From an uncultured Candidatus Berkelbacteria bacterium (GTDB lineage: Bacteria; Patescibacteriota; UBA1384; CAILIB01): a stretch of 64,000 bases of DNA. Below, piece by piece: positions 21,001 through 29,129 of the stretch. The translations under genes and the position numbers were made by a program. The stretch is taken from the NCBI GenBank assembly GCA_903834195.1, contig CAILIB010000003.1:5477-69476 (forward strand), in the 5' to 3' direction. Within the stretch, counting starts at the first letter, position 1; every line of letters starts with the position of its first letter. The notes beneath the pieces are model-generated. The model made no database searches and was not told the origin of the DNA. It worked only from the letters and a program-made list of their open reading frames with translations.

Positions 21001-21025
21001 AAAAAGAGGCCCGAAGGCCTCTTTT
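21001..21025 (-). terminator. Intrinsic terminator after the SnoaL-like gene
   Basis: aaaaagaggcc-cgaa-ggcctctttt: a 7-bp GC-rich stem with an A run and a T run on either side, 10 nt downstream of the stop at 21035. Confidence 0.8.
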
Positions 21026-21034
21026 ACATTTCTC

Positions 21035-21394
21035 CTAGAAATTGGTAGGCTCAGCGTAGAAGTATTCTTCGACAACCTTACCATCTTGTAGCTTGTAAAA
21101 GCCAAACTCGTGCATCATCATGCGCTCACCGCCCTTAGGGGTAACATCTAGTTTGAACTCAAGGATAAAGTTATCCTTTCCAACAAAAGCTGTTGTAACA
21201 CCGCCGCCGTGGAATGCTTCAAAAGATTCAAAAGCACCCTTAGTCTTTGCGATTACAGCTTCTTTACCCTGTACTGAGTAGCCGTTTTGTTCAACTGAAA
21301 GAACATTATCAGCGTATAATTCTTCTTCAGCTTGCACGTTTTGACCAGCGTTAATATACTTTACTAACTGCTGTACGATTTCTTCTGTAGTCAT
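21035..21394 (-). CDS. SnoaL-like / NTF2-fold protein
   Basis: 119 aa. Both the N-terminal MTTEEIVQQLVKYINAGQN and the size are typical of NTF2-like small enzymes. It is divergent from an HxlR regulator. Confidence 0.5.
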   Translation of the reverse strand: MTTEEIVQQLVKYINAGQNVQAEEELYADNVLSVEQNGYSVQGKEAVIAKTKGAFESFEAFHGGGVTTAFVGKDNFILEFKLDVTPKGGERMMMHEFGFYKLQDGKVVEEYFYAEPTNF

Positions 21395-21475
21395 TGTGAC
21401 CTTTCAATTTACTGCTATTTAATATATATTCATTATTAAGTATACTTTATATAGTGTCAATACCTAATTCGGTAT

Positions 21476-21784
21476 ATGTCTCCACAACCCTCATGCAATG
21501 TTCATAAAGCCGTCGATTTAATCGGTAGCAAGTGGACTCTTCTCATCCTCCACCAGCTCTGTTCCCAGAAGCGTGGATTTAATGAACTCCTTCACGGAAT
21601 AGAAGGAATTAATCCGCGTGCACTTTCAATTCGACTCAAAGAGATGGCAGAACATGGTCTGGTTATTAAGACAGTTCGACCAACCAGTCCGCCACAAGTA
21701 GAGTACTCTCTAACCACTCAAGGCGATTCTCTTAAAGGTATTATTGAGCAAATTGGTGAGTGGGCAAGTACACTTCCTGTCTAG
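21476..21784 (+). CDS. HxlR-family winged-helix transcriptional regulator
   Basis: 102 aa with C.V.KAVDLIGSKWTLLILHQL...GFNELL..IEGINPRALSIRLKEMAEHGLV...VEYSLT..G. Confidence 0.85.
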   Translation: MSPQPSCNVHKAVDLIGSKWTLLILHQLCSQKRGFNELLHGIEGINPRALSIRLKEMAEHGLVIKTVRPTSPPQVEYSLTTQGDSLKGIIEQIGEWASTLPV

Positions 21785-21905
21785 TTTCTAGCTCTAGTAG
21801 TATTTTTCTTTGTTTTCGTGTATAACAACCACGTCGACACTTTAAACGGTGATCGCGATCTTTAAGGAGGTGTGACACACCATCGTTAGATTAAAATACT
21901 TCGGC

Positions 21906-22718
21906 ATGCGCACCCTCTACTGGCTCGATAGAGCCTCGAGGTTAGCGCTCTACCTACCTACTTGGGCATTCATATTTGTATGGGGAGCTTGGGTTGGACT
22001 TGGATACCGCGACAAGTGTGCAGACTACCAGAATGGCCTCATATCTGTCTATCAGATTACTGGGTACACCATTCTGTTCTATGTTGCACTCGTCACTTGG
22101 TTTGGTATGTGGATACTTCACAAAATCCTCTTTACTGAGGGTGAGTGGAAACGATTCACACTCAAGCGTTTTCTCATACTTTGTCTCAAGAACATCTTTT
22201 CTATCGAAGAGATCAATATAAATCTCAACGACAGATTACGGGATGAAACGTCGGTTCGCCGACGTCAACTCTTCAGACAATACCGTGCAGAAGAACGTCT
22301 TGAACTAGAACAAGTTCGATTGCAACTCAATGACCGGGAAAAGTTCGAAGCGTTCCTCAACAGTCGCTACGGACCTATCCGACATAGTCTTACGACTGCA
22401 ATGATCGTCGTAATTGGCACATCACTTGTTTCAACGGTCTCTGCTCAAATCAGAGTTAACCGGTCCGAACGAGTGATTATTGCTGGACGGCAAGCAAGCA
22501 TAACTGCTTCGCTGGCTGGCTCGGCAAGTTGCCACCCTCCCCCACTTCCCGCTTATGAACCAGAGCAAGTGTTAAACAAAGAGATTTCGTACCCTCTCCA
22601 CGAAATCATCAACGTTTTACATATCCACTTTAGGTTCAAAGCACTGGTAATAGCTGGATTCCACGATCCACCTGAAAGTATTCCAAAGTTCCATCGCCTC
22701 CGTCACGCATCCGCGTAA
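21906..22718 (+). CDS. Hypothetical membrane protein
   Basis: 270-aa ORF with 2-3 predicted TM helices near the N-terminus (TWAFIFVWGAWVGL, ILFYVALVTWFGMWIL), a charged coiled region, and one further hydrophobic segment. No family recognised. Confidence 0.5.
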   Translation: MRTLYWLDRASRLALYLPTWAFIFVWGAWVGLGYRDKCADYQNGLISVYQITGYTILFYVALVTWFGMWILHKILFTEGEWKRFTLKRFLILCLKNIFSIEEININLNDRLRDETSVRRRQLFRQYRAEERLELEQVRLQLNDREKFEAFLNSRYGPIRHSLTTAMIVVIGTSLVSTVSAQIRVNRSERVIIAGRQASITASLAGSASCHPPPLPAYEPEQVLNKEISYPLHEIINVLHIHFRFKALVIAGFHDPPESIPKFHRLRHASA

Positions 22719-22769
22719 CCTGGCGACTGGTCGACTGGCTTCGTCGCCCCGACCGTTTGGAACATTGAA

Positions 22770-23366
22770 ATGCAAAAATTCAGAACTATCGCTGGCTTCC
22801 TCTCTTTCGTACTCGTCTGCACAGCTTCGGCCCAGGCCCCCTCGGTGGGGTTCCTCGATTTTCATCCCATGAACGCTGCGAAATCAGACGAACATGACTT
22901 GACTTTCGGGTGGGCGAACAAAAAGGTTGCTCTGGGAGGATACATTTTCTCCTATGATCAACCACATCCGCAGTACTGGCTCGAAGGAGGTTTACCAGAG
23001 CTCAATTTCAAAGCTGGTCCAATTACGGTTACCCCTGGTCTCTATGGTGCTCGAGAGGGCACACAATGGGACGGTGGTGCGTACATCTGGACAAGTGGCG
23101 AAATTGGTCGCGTTAGACTGTCACTACCGCTGTACGTCAGCCGCATCGTGGGAGTAAAAACCCCATGTCTACGGTTTGATGACACCAAATCCTCGTGGGG
23201 TATTGAATCTAACTTTGCTGTTCAAGAACACAGCAAATGGATCAATGCAGGCCCAAGCCTGCGCACCTCATTAGGTTCTGGCACGGTTCGCATCAGTTAT
23301 CTCTGCCCAATTTCGGGAGGAAAAGGTCACCAACTTCGGTTATACACCTCATTCCCCATAAAATAG
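22770..23366 (+). CDS. Secreted hypothetical protein, beta-rich
   Basis: 198 aa with a Sec-type signal peptide MQKFRTIAGFLSFVLVCTASAQA and locally high GC. A strong terminator follows. Confidence 0.6.
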   Translation: MQKFRTIAGFLSFVLVCTASAQAPSVGFLDFHPMNAAKSDEHDLTFGWANKKVALGGYIFSYDQPHPQYWLEGGLPELNFKAGPITVTPGLYGAREGTQWDGGAYIWTSGEIGRVRLSLPLYVSRIVGVKTPCLRFDDTKSSWGIESNFAVQEHSKWINAGPSLRTSLGSGTVRISYLCPISGGKGHQLRLYTSFPIK

Positions 23367-23395
23367 TGGGCACCTCAAAAACAGCACCTTGCTGT

Positions 23396-23422
23396 CCCCT
23401 CGCGGAAACGTGAGGGGTTTTT
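23396..23422 (+). terminator. Intrinsic terminator
   Basis: cccctcgcg-gaaa-cgtgagggg (9-bp stem including one G-T pair) followed by ttttt. Confidence 0.85.
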
Positions 23423-23424
23423 AT

Positions 23425-23538
23425 TTACCTATTACACTCTGCACCTTTCCATTCAGGTGTCATACCAGAAGCAAAATATGATTGCATTATTGCACCAGCT
23501 CGTTCAGCAAGGTTGAGGGCAAATTCTTTTCTATTCAT
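23425..23538 (-). other. 37-codon ORF, possibly an N-terminal remnant of an inositol-monophosphatase-like gene
   Basis: Reads MNRKEFALNLAERAGAIMQSYFASGMTPEWKGAECNR*. The LNLAERAGAIM..YF stretch resembles IMPase-family N-termini. It is too short to be a full enzyme. Confidence 0.25.
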
Positions 23539-23631
23539 ACGTCCATGCTATCAGAAATCTAGTATTATCCCTCGACAAAATGCCTTAAACCTGATACTAT
23601 CTTTCCATCATCAACCTTGGGAGGGAAATGA

Positions 23632-24183
23632 TTGACTACTGCAGATTTAAAAAGTGAGTTTCTTGTTGAGGGTTTAGGCAACGTTTCACTCCGTAAACCT
23701 ATTCCAGAGCAAGCTGAGCTCGCATTTGGAATAATCTCAAACGAGACAAATATGAGATTTTTCATGGTCAGCAACTGGACTTTAGATGAATATCGAAAGT
23801 TCATTCCAAAGGTCATGAAAGATCGAAAGCGCTACCCTTTCTGGATTTATGCAGGTGAAACGTTTGTCGGAATCTGCCAGATCTGGAAAATCTCAAATAA
23901 GCCCAAGAAGTATGGCCGCAATGCCTACATCTTTTGTGCTTTAAGCCCTGAATACCAAAAAATGGGTACTGCACGGGCGGCGTTGAAACTAATGATTGAG
24001 TTTGCCTTCAATGAGTTGAACCCACCAATTGATACAATTCGGGTACATATCATTGAGGAAAATAGACCGAGTCTCAACTTAGCGTTCGGCCTTGGCTTCA
24101 AAAAGACAATTCGCCATAAATCAGCCGGATTAGTTGACGGACAAAAGGTCCCCGCAATCTATGCCATTCTCCGACGGACGTGA
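23632..24183 (+). CDS. GNAT-family N-acetyltransferase (RimJ/RimL-like)
   Basis: 183 aa with a TTG start 6 nt after a GGGAGGG RBS. It has LRKPIPEQAELAFGIISNE and an acetyl-CoA motif region QKMGTARAALKLMIEFAF. Confidence 0.8.
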   Translation: MTTADLKSEFLVEGLGNVSLRKPIPEQAELAFGIISNETNMRFFMVSNWTLDEYRKFIPKVMKDRKRYPFWIYAGETFVGICQIWKISNKPKKYGRNAYIFCALSPEYQKMGTARAALKLMIEFAFNELNPPIDTIRVHIIEENRPSLNLAFGLGFKKTIRHKSAGLVDGQKVPAIYAILRRT

Positions 24184-24225
24184 ACGTTCGTCACCTTGCG
24201 TATGAAGAGCCCTTTATACGCAAAA

Positions 24226-24266
24226 ACCAGAGCAGTCAAAATAATTTTGAAAACTCTGGTTTTTTT
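24226..24266 (+). terminator. Intrinsic terminator
   Basis: accagag...ctctggt stem with an inner tcaaaa/ttttga extension, followed by tttttt. Confidence 0.7.
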
Positions 24267-24308
24267 GTTAGAGCTACAAACTTCAAATATTTGAAATCTC
24301 TAGTTCTT

Positions 24309-24333
24309 CCCGAATGATGACACGTCATTCGGG
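24309..24333 (-). terminator. Possible hairpin terminator (no clear U-tract)
   Basis: cccgaatga-tgacacg-tcattcggg: a 9-bp stem 13 nt downstream of the stop at 24346. Confidence 0.35.
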
Positions 24334-24345
24334 TGAGATTGTTGC

Positions 24346-24792
24346 TTACGCGATTTTGATTGAAACATTTCTTGTCACAATCCTTCGGAGCTTACGACTC
24401 AACGTGCTCCAAAACGGCAAATTGCACAGAATCATGTTCGTACAATTATTCTCCTGCGCAATGATAAACATTTCCTTCAGCAATTTTACGATTACCTCGG
24501 AACGCCCTTTTTGCCAGTTCGCCTTACAAGAGTATATAATCAAGTGCTTCTCACCATCTTCACTTGAAACCACTTCTGCTATTGCTGAACCACAATATAG
24601 ATCACCGAGATATGCGTAGACTGCCTCGGATACATATGTCCGTTCCAAAACCTCAAATTGTGCAACATTCAACCGGCGTGAACTATTTCCGTTTTCTTTC
24701 CACAAACGTTCAGCCGGAAATGACGAAATAATCGAAGAGTCAGAGTCATCTTTACTCGCTCTCCGAATGGTAACTTGCTCCAAAGGGATCAT
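24346..24792 (-). CDS. Hypothetical protein, possibly GNAT-like fold
   Basis: 148-aa ORF with an ATG start. It has only a weak resemblance to a GNAT core (HLIIYSCKANWQKGRSEVIVKLLKEMFIIAQEN). Confidence 0.4.
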   Translation of the reverse strand: MIPLEQVTIRRASKDDSDSSIISSFPAERLWKENGNSSRRLNVAQFEVLERTYVSEAVYAYLGDLYCGSAIAEVVSSEDGEKHLIIYSCKANWQKGRSEVIVKLLKEMFIIAQENNCTNMILCNLPFWSTLSRKLRRIVTRNVSIKIA

Positions 24793-24843
24793 TGGAAGAT
24801 TTAACCATAATTATGCTCAAAAATCAACCACTAAGACTGCTTA

Positions 24844-25275
24844 TCAAATAACGTCCCAACACTCGCGCAATAACGTATTAGCGTTCTCATAATCTGTACA
24901 CCACACATACAACCATCCGGATAATGCTCGAGCTTTTACATCAAAATGAAATTCAATACCCTTCGATTTCAGATATGCCATTTGTGGTTTACAGGCAATT
25001 AACTCAGCCTGCAACCTAAAAGTTCGTGAAAATACATACAATAAAAAATGCTTATTGGGACCGTGCTTTTTATACTCTTTGAGATGTTCTTGCTCATGCA
25101 ACACAATTGCAATACTCCACGGAGTTGGGTGGGCAGTCTGCAAATCTTCATACACCCAATGCGGCACCCAAATTTTACCAAAAAAGGCCTGACAGGTTTT
25201 TGAACCTATCCACGGCAGTGGATTAACCCAGCGAGGTTTCATGCGGATTGGATATTCAACTCCTTCTACAATCAT
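24844..25275 (-). CDS. Small HExxH protein (putative zincin-like metallopeptidase, YgjP/SprT-like)
   Basis: Preferred start is the ATG at 25275, which overlaps the idi TGA stop (ATGA). The motif IVLHEQEHLKEYKKHGPNKHF contains HExxH plus a downstream His. Confidence 0.5.
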   Translation of the reverse strand: MIVEGVEYPIRMKPRWVNPLPWIGSKTCQAFFGKIWVPHWVYEDLQTAHPTPWSIAIVLHEQEHLKEYKKHGPNKHFLLYVFSRTFRLQAELIACKPQMAYLKSKGIEFHFDVKARALSGWLYVWCTDYENANTLLRECWDVI

Positions 25276-25826
25276 ATTGAAAACAACCAACCACACTTTG
25301 CACGTAATTCCTTAACTTCCCATCCAGCCCATTCTGAATACCGCTCTGGGAACTGCTCAATTTCAGAGACAAATGCATTCCAATCCCACCACCGATACGC
25401 CTCAACTTCAGCAGAATTCAAAAGTGGATTTTGTGTAGTATTCCCTACCCATACCGGACAAATCTCATTCTCGACAATCCCACCACGCTCTGCTCGATAA
25501 CGAAAGTCTGGCAATACTTCATGCAAACCTTCAATTTTGGAAATACCTAATTCAAACTGTACTCTTCGCCGAATTGCATCTTCAGTTTTTTCACCTGGTA
25601 AAGGATGTCCACAACAACTATTTGACCACATTAACGGCCAGGTCTTTTTTAACACGCTTCGTTGTTGCAAAAGTACCTCATTTTGATCATTAAAAAGAAA
25701 CACTGAAAACGCCCGATGAAGCGGCGTATGATCAGAATGAATCTCAGCTTTTGGAAGTGTGCCAATTTCCTGATTAAGTTCATCTACAAGAACTACTAAT
25801 TCTTCCATTTCACTGTCACTACTCAT
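25272..25826 (-). CDS. idi: Isopentenyl-diphosphate delta-isomerase, type 1 (NUDIX fold)
   Basis: 184 aa with LHRAFSVFLFN..NEVLLQQRS..KKTWPLMWSNSCCGHP..GE....A..RR...ELGI. This is the classic Idi-1 pattern, including the catalytic Cys in CCGHP. Confidence 0.85.
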   Translation of the reverse strand: MSSDSEMEELVVLVDELNQEIGTLPKAEIHSDHTPLHRAFSVFLFNDQNEVLLQQRSVLKKTWPLMWSNSCCGHPLPGEKTEDAIRRRVQFELGISKIEGLHEVLPDFRYRAERGGIVENEICPVWVGNTTQNPLLNSAEVEAYRWWDWNAFVSEIEQFPERYSEWAGWEVKELRAKCGWLFSI

Positions 25827-25977
25827 GTTTAAAGTTTAAATAAACCCTTACTGAATTAAATTATCCCGAGTAACTTAATTAACTCTTCATTAAGTGAGAC
25901 TTTGACTTTCGACGCTTCGGCAGACGTAGAAAATATAAACGCCCCAACAATTGTTCGATGAATGCTTCGCATAAGAA

Positions 25978-26784
25978 CTAATTCTCCAAACTTACAGCCA
26001 ATAACCAACGTGCTCGTTCTACAGGAATGTTTGTCTTGTACCCAGGAGAAAACCGAATTACCCGAGGCTCATGCAGAAGAACGAGATCACCGGGCAGATA
26101 TGAAATATATTCTTGTGCATCTTCAAGCTGAGAAAGGAGAAATGCTGCAGCGTGTGCATATTTTTTATCAGTGACATTTTTGACAATTTTCCGCAGCATT
26201 TTTACCGCGTCAGGAAGATCTAAGTCTTTCACAAATTTCTCCAATTCCGAACGTTCAAAAATATATTTTGAAAATGTGTATGTACCATCATGCAGCTCAA
26301 TAAGTGGAAAAGCAGGAGTATCAGCAATATACGAATACGGAGTCAACAAATCAGGAAGTAACTCACCTGCGCTACGTGCAACATTTCCAGCTACTAAATA
26401 GTATGTCTTGGCACTTTCATCGGCGCGGACACAGTAAAACAGTGAGCTTTTAAATTGAAAATGACTGTGCCAGGTTTCGTTATTTGTCCCCTCACCTTCC
26501 AAATTAAACCTAATTGTATGCTCAATTCCTTTATCCGAGATTGCCCCCAAATATTGAGCAATTGTTGTTAAAATATTCTTTTCTAGCTCAGGAAAGGTTT
26601 GTTCACGAATCTCTAATGGAGTATTTGGTAATATTTCAGAAACTGGCATGCCCCGAATTATAAGGTAATCGAGTTTGCCTGACTTAAATAACTCGATATT
26701 CTGCAAAATTTCAGATGAAAATAAATTTTCAATCGTCAAACCTTGTTCTAAATTGAATTTTGTATTTTGATGTACGGTAATCAC
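25978..26784 (-). CDS. Hypothetical protein, possibly TauD/clavaminate-synthase-like fold with a non-canonical metal motif
   Basis: 268 aa. ETWHSHFQF...LFYCV sits where the family has WHxD, and YLPGDLVLLHEPRVIRF resembles the distal gDlvi.DN..lH block. This is pattern-level only. Confidence 0.35.
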   Translation of the reverse strand: MITVHQNTKFNLEQGLTIENLFSSEILQNIELFKSGKLDYLIIRGMPVSEILPNTPLEIREQTFPELEKNILTTIAQYLGAISDKGIEHTIRFNLEGEGTNNETWHSHFQFKSSLFYCVRADESAKTYYLVAGNVARSAGELLPDLLTPYSYIADTPAFPLIELHDGTYTFSKYIFERSELEKFVKDLDLPDAVKMLRKIVKNVTDKKYAHAAAFLLSQLEDAQEYISYLPGDLVLLHEPRVIRFSPGYKTNIPVERARWLLAVSLEN

Positions 26785-26919
26785 AAATGTAGTTTTCTAG
26801 ATTTTTTGCCATATCTGTCACAATCCTATCTTAAATGTGAATCTTCTGCTATTTTCGTTTTACCTCATCTTCATTTTTAGGTGGGAGCTTTCATTCTGAC
26901 GACCCCCAAGGAGGGTACT

Positions 26920-27378
26920 TTGTTGAAATTTTTTGCTCTTTTTCTCTCCCTTGCAACCTGCCTTTGCGAAGCGCAAAAGTCACCTGATTTGATAACCCGG
27001 GAGTATCAGCAAATGGTACGTGACATTCCTAATCAAAAACTGGCAAAATCCTTCACCGGTATTTGGGAAGTGGTTAAGGTGACCCCAATATCGAAAAATA
27101 CTGACCACTCCAAATGGCCAGTGTACACACTGACAAATCTCAAGTACCCAAACCAGAGTTTGACCGTGAACGCAGTTGATGACATGTTTGGCGGAGCGAT
27201 TAAATTTGTTCCTCAACCAGGGATAAAGCTTAAAGTTCAGACCTTGCTCGGCCTGAAGTTTCACGTGATGACAATGAAGGAGTACCGTTTCAACCGAAAG
27301 AAAGGTGACCCATACTTCATCATCCAAAATCATTTGAAGTACCGTTACTTTCTTTACGTCGACGTAATCAAAGACTAG
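26920..27378 (+). CDS. Secreted hypothetical protein
   Basis: The ORF is open from 26881 (GTG), but AAGGAGG at 26908-26914 precedes in-frame TTG codons at 26920/26923. Those give a clean signal peptide, LLKFFALFLSLATCLCEAQ. Confidence 0.55.
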   Translation: MLKFFALFLSLATCLCEAQKSPDLITREYQQMVRDIPNQKLAKSFTGIWEVVKVTPISKNTDHSKWPVYTLTNLKYPNQSLTVNAVDDMFGGAIKFVPQPGIKLKVQTLLGLKFHVMTMKEYRFNRKKGDPYFIIQNHLKYRYFLYVDVIKD

Positions 27379-27398
27379 ACTACGCTCGACACACTGTC

Positions 27399-27430
27399 CA
27401 GGCCTTCAACCCTACGAAGGCCTGTTTTTT
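27399..27430 (+). terminator. Intrinsic terminator
   Basis: caggccttc-aaccctac-gaaggcctg (9-bp stem) followed by tttttt. Confidence 0.85.
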
Positions 27431-27498
27431 AATCTCACAGAATCTCAACGTTACATACTAACATTGTTCAATGTCACCTTTTGTGTATAGAGAAATAC

Positions 27499-27642
27499 GT
27501 GGCACTTACAAGTCAGACAGAACAAGCCAAACTCAACGAGCTAGAGGCAGACGCCAAACGCTACTTTGAAAATGGAATAAATAGCCCAAAACTCTTTGAT
27601 ATTGCGGCAACAGCCGCCACTTCGCCATTAGCCCAGCGCTAA
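27499..27642 (+). CDS. Possible 47-aa small protein (GTG start)
   Basis: Reads VALTSQTEQAKLNELEADAKRYFENGINSPKLFDIAATAATSPLAQR*, which is helical-looking, in an otherwise empty 370-nt gap. The RBS is weak and the ORF is below the track's size cut-off. Confidence 0.3.
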   Translation: MALTSQTEQAKLNELEADAKRYFENGINSPKLFDIAATAATSPLAQR

Positions 27643-27751
27643 TGGTCATCACACAAAAAAAGGTTGTTATGTGTGGTAGTGAAAAACGAAGCTACTTTTT
27701 TGAATTCATGCGCTCAGTGTTTCAGAAACAAGGCATACGTTTTCCTTGTAA

Positions 27752-28249
27752 TTAAAACTTCACTTTCCCGTACACCCATTCAGGCTGATCTGAAAATATT
27801 TTGCGCTTGCGTAGAAACTCTTTCAGCCGATACAAGGTCAAATAGAACGTACAGTAGTAGATGAGAATTAGCACTGGAGACTTCCACATATTTGTAGAAA
27901 GTGACATTCCACATTCTTTCATCCATGTGAGCACAGCTGGAGTATGACTACATGTATACGCCCCGCATTTGCGCTGCTTAATATCTTCAATTTGAGCAGT
28001 AAATAATTCTTTGCCAATCCCCTGTTTTTGGAACTCTGGAAATACAAAGAGTACTGCCATGTACGTCCAATACGAGCCAAAATCTTGACTGGTAGCAACA
28101 CCTGCAATTTTTCCATTACTCTCATGCACCCATACATCAGAAAAAGACATCCACTCTTTCACTGAATACCCTGTTATGTTTGGAGTGGCTTGCAGCGCAT
28201 GCACCAGGACGTGAGCTTCTGATAACGTAATCGATCTTTTCATATTCAT
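27752..28249 (-). CDS. GNAT-family acetyltransferase with a hydrophobic C-terminal segment
   Basis: 165 aa with the acetyl-CoA motif FVFPEFQKQGIGKELF and the C-terminal PVLILIYYCTFYLTLY. Confidence 0.7.
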   Translation of the reverse strand: MNMKRSITLSEAHVLVHALQATPNITGYSVKEWMSFSDVWVHESNGKIAGVATSQDFGSYWTYMAVLFVFPEFQKQGIGKELFTAQIEDIKQRKCGAYTCSHTPAVLTWMKECGMSLSTNMWKSPVLILIYYCTFYLTLYRLKEFLRKRKIFSDQPEWVYGKVKF

Positions 28250-28314
28250 AGTGTAGCACTTTACATATGTCTATAACCTAGACAAACCTACTAAATTATG
28301 CTATCCTATCGCGG

Positions 28315-29058
28315 ATGAAAGACCTTGAGATTCCAGTAAACATTGACCTGGATAATCCAGGTGAAGTACATCAATTACGAAAGAAGATTCGAGCGGAAAC
28401 TCTTGAAATTGTCTTAGACGGAATACCTGTAACTAATCCCGATTATAAGCAACTGAAAAAGAATGCTTGTAAACTTGCTAAGAAAAATTCAAGAACTGTA
28501 ATAAAGGCTGTCCGAATGATCCGGATGGAGCCACTAACCAAAATGTGGCGTGCTGAATTTCTTCATGATTACGGCGACCAACTGATCACAAGCTGGCTCA
28601 ACAAAGACCTTTGTGTTGCGTACTTTATACTCGATGTTATCGGGTTGAAACACGCAAATAAATTTGGTCTAGAAGTGGGCGATCGCTGCATCAAAGAAGT
28701 TGCTGAAATTATCCGCGATGAATTCAAAAAAGTTTGCGGAAAAAAATTCAGATTTCGTCCATATCGCCGCGGTGGCGATGAATACGCAGTTATCGTACAA
28801 GGACTTACAAAGGAAGAGTGCGAAAGAATTATTCAAAGGATTAACCACAGAGTCAAAAAAGTGAAACTTTTCGGAATAATAAAACTCCGAGGTATGCACT
28901 GCGGCTCGGCCGTATGTGGACCAAATCCGGATGAGCGGTTATCTCTAAAGGAACTGAACTCAAAAGCTGAAGCACAGCTCCTCAAGAGTAAAAAGCAGAA
29001 GAAATTAGCAAAACTTTTGCACGGAATGATTCCCGTGCAACTAATGTTGAAAAAGTGA
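28315..29058 (+). CDS. GGDEF-domain protein (putative diguanylate cyclase; motif variant GGDEY)
   Basis: 247 aa. ILDVIGLKHANKFGLEVGDRCIKEVA matches D.D.FK.iND..GH..GD..L, and YRRGGDEYAVIV is the active-site loop. The ~95-aa N-terminal region is unassigned and the tail is lysine-rich. Confidence 0.7.
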   Translation: MKDLEIPVNIDLDNPGEVHQLRKKIRAETLEIVLDGIPVTNPDYKQLKKNACKLAKKNSRTVIKAVRMIRMEPLTKMWRAEFLHDYGDQLITSWLNKDLCVAYFILDVIGLKHANKFGLEVGDRCIKEVAEIIRDEFKKVCGKKFRFRPYRRGGDEYAVIVQGLTKEECERIIQRINHRVKKVKLFGIIKLRGMHCGSAVCGPNPDERLSLKELNSKAEAQLLKSKKQKKLAKLLHGMIPVQLMLKK

Positions 29059-29082
29059 TTTTACTTATTCAACATCTTGATT

Positions 29083-29119
29083 GGACCTCCAAGCCCTTGC
29101 GCTCGGAGGCCCTTTTTTT
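29083..29119 (+). terminator. Intrinsic terminator
   Basis: ggacctccaagc-ccttgc-gctcggaggccc (12-position stem with 2 mismatches) followed by ttttttt. Confidence 0.75.
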
Positions 29120-29129
29120 AACAAAACAA

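Noticed and set aside
21864-21870. Orphan AAGGAGG followed by GTG-TGA (a one-codon ORF)
   Set aside because: No translatable ORF starts at proper spacing with a canonical start codon. It is kept only as a note on start-site uncertainty of the 21906 gene.
24282-24295. Perfect 14-bp palindrome ttcaaatatttgaa
   Set aside because: It lies between the ends of two convergent genes, sandwiched by terminator hairpins, and not near any promoter. In AT-rich spacer a palindrome this size is not compelling as an operator.
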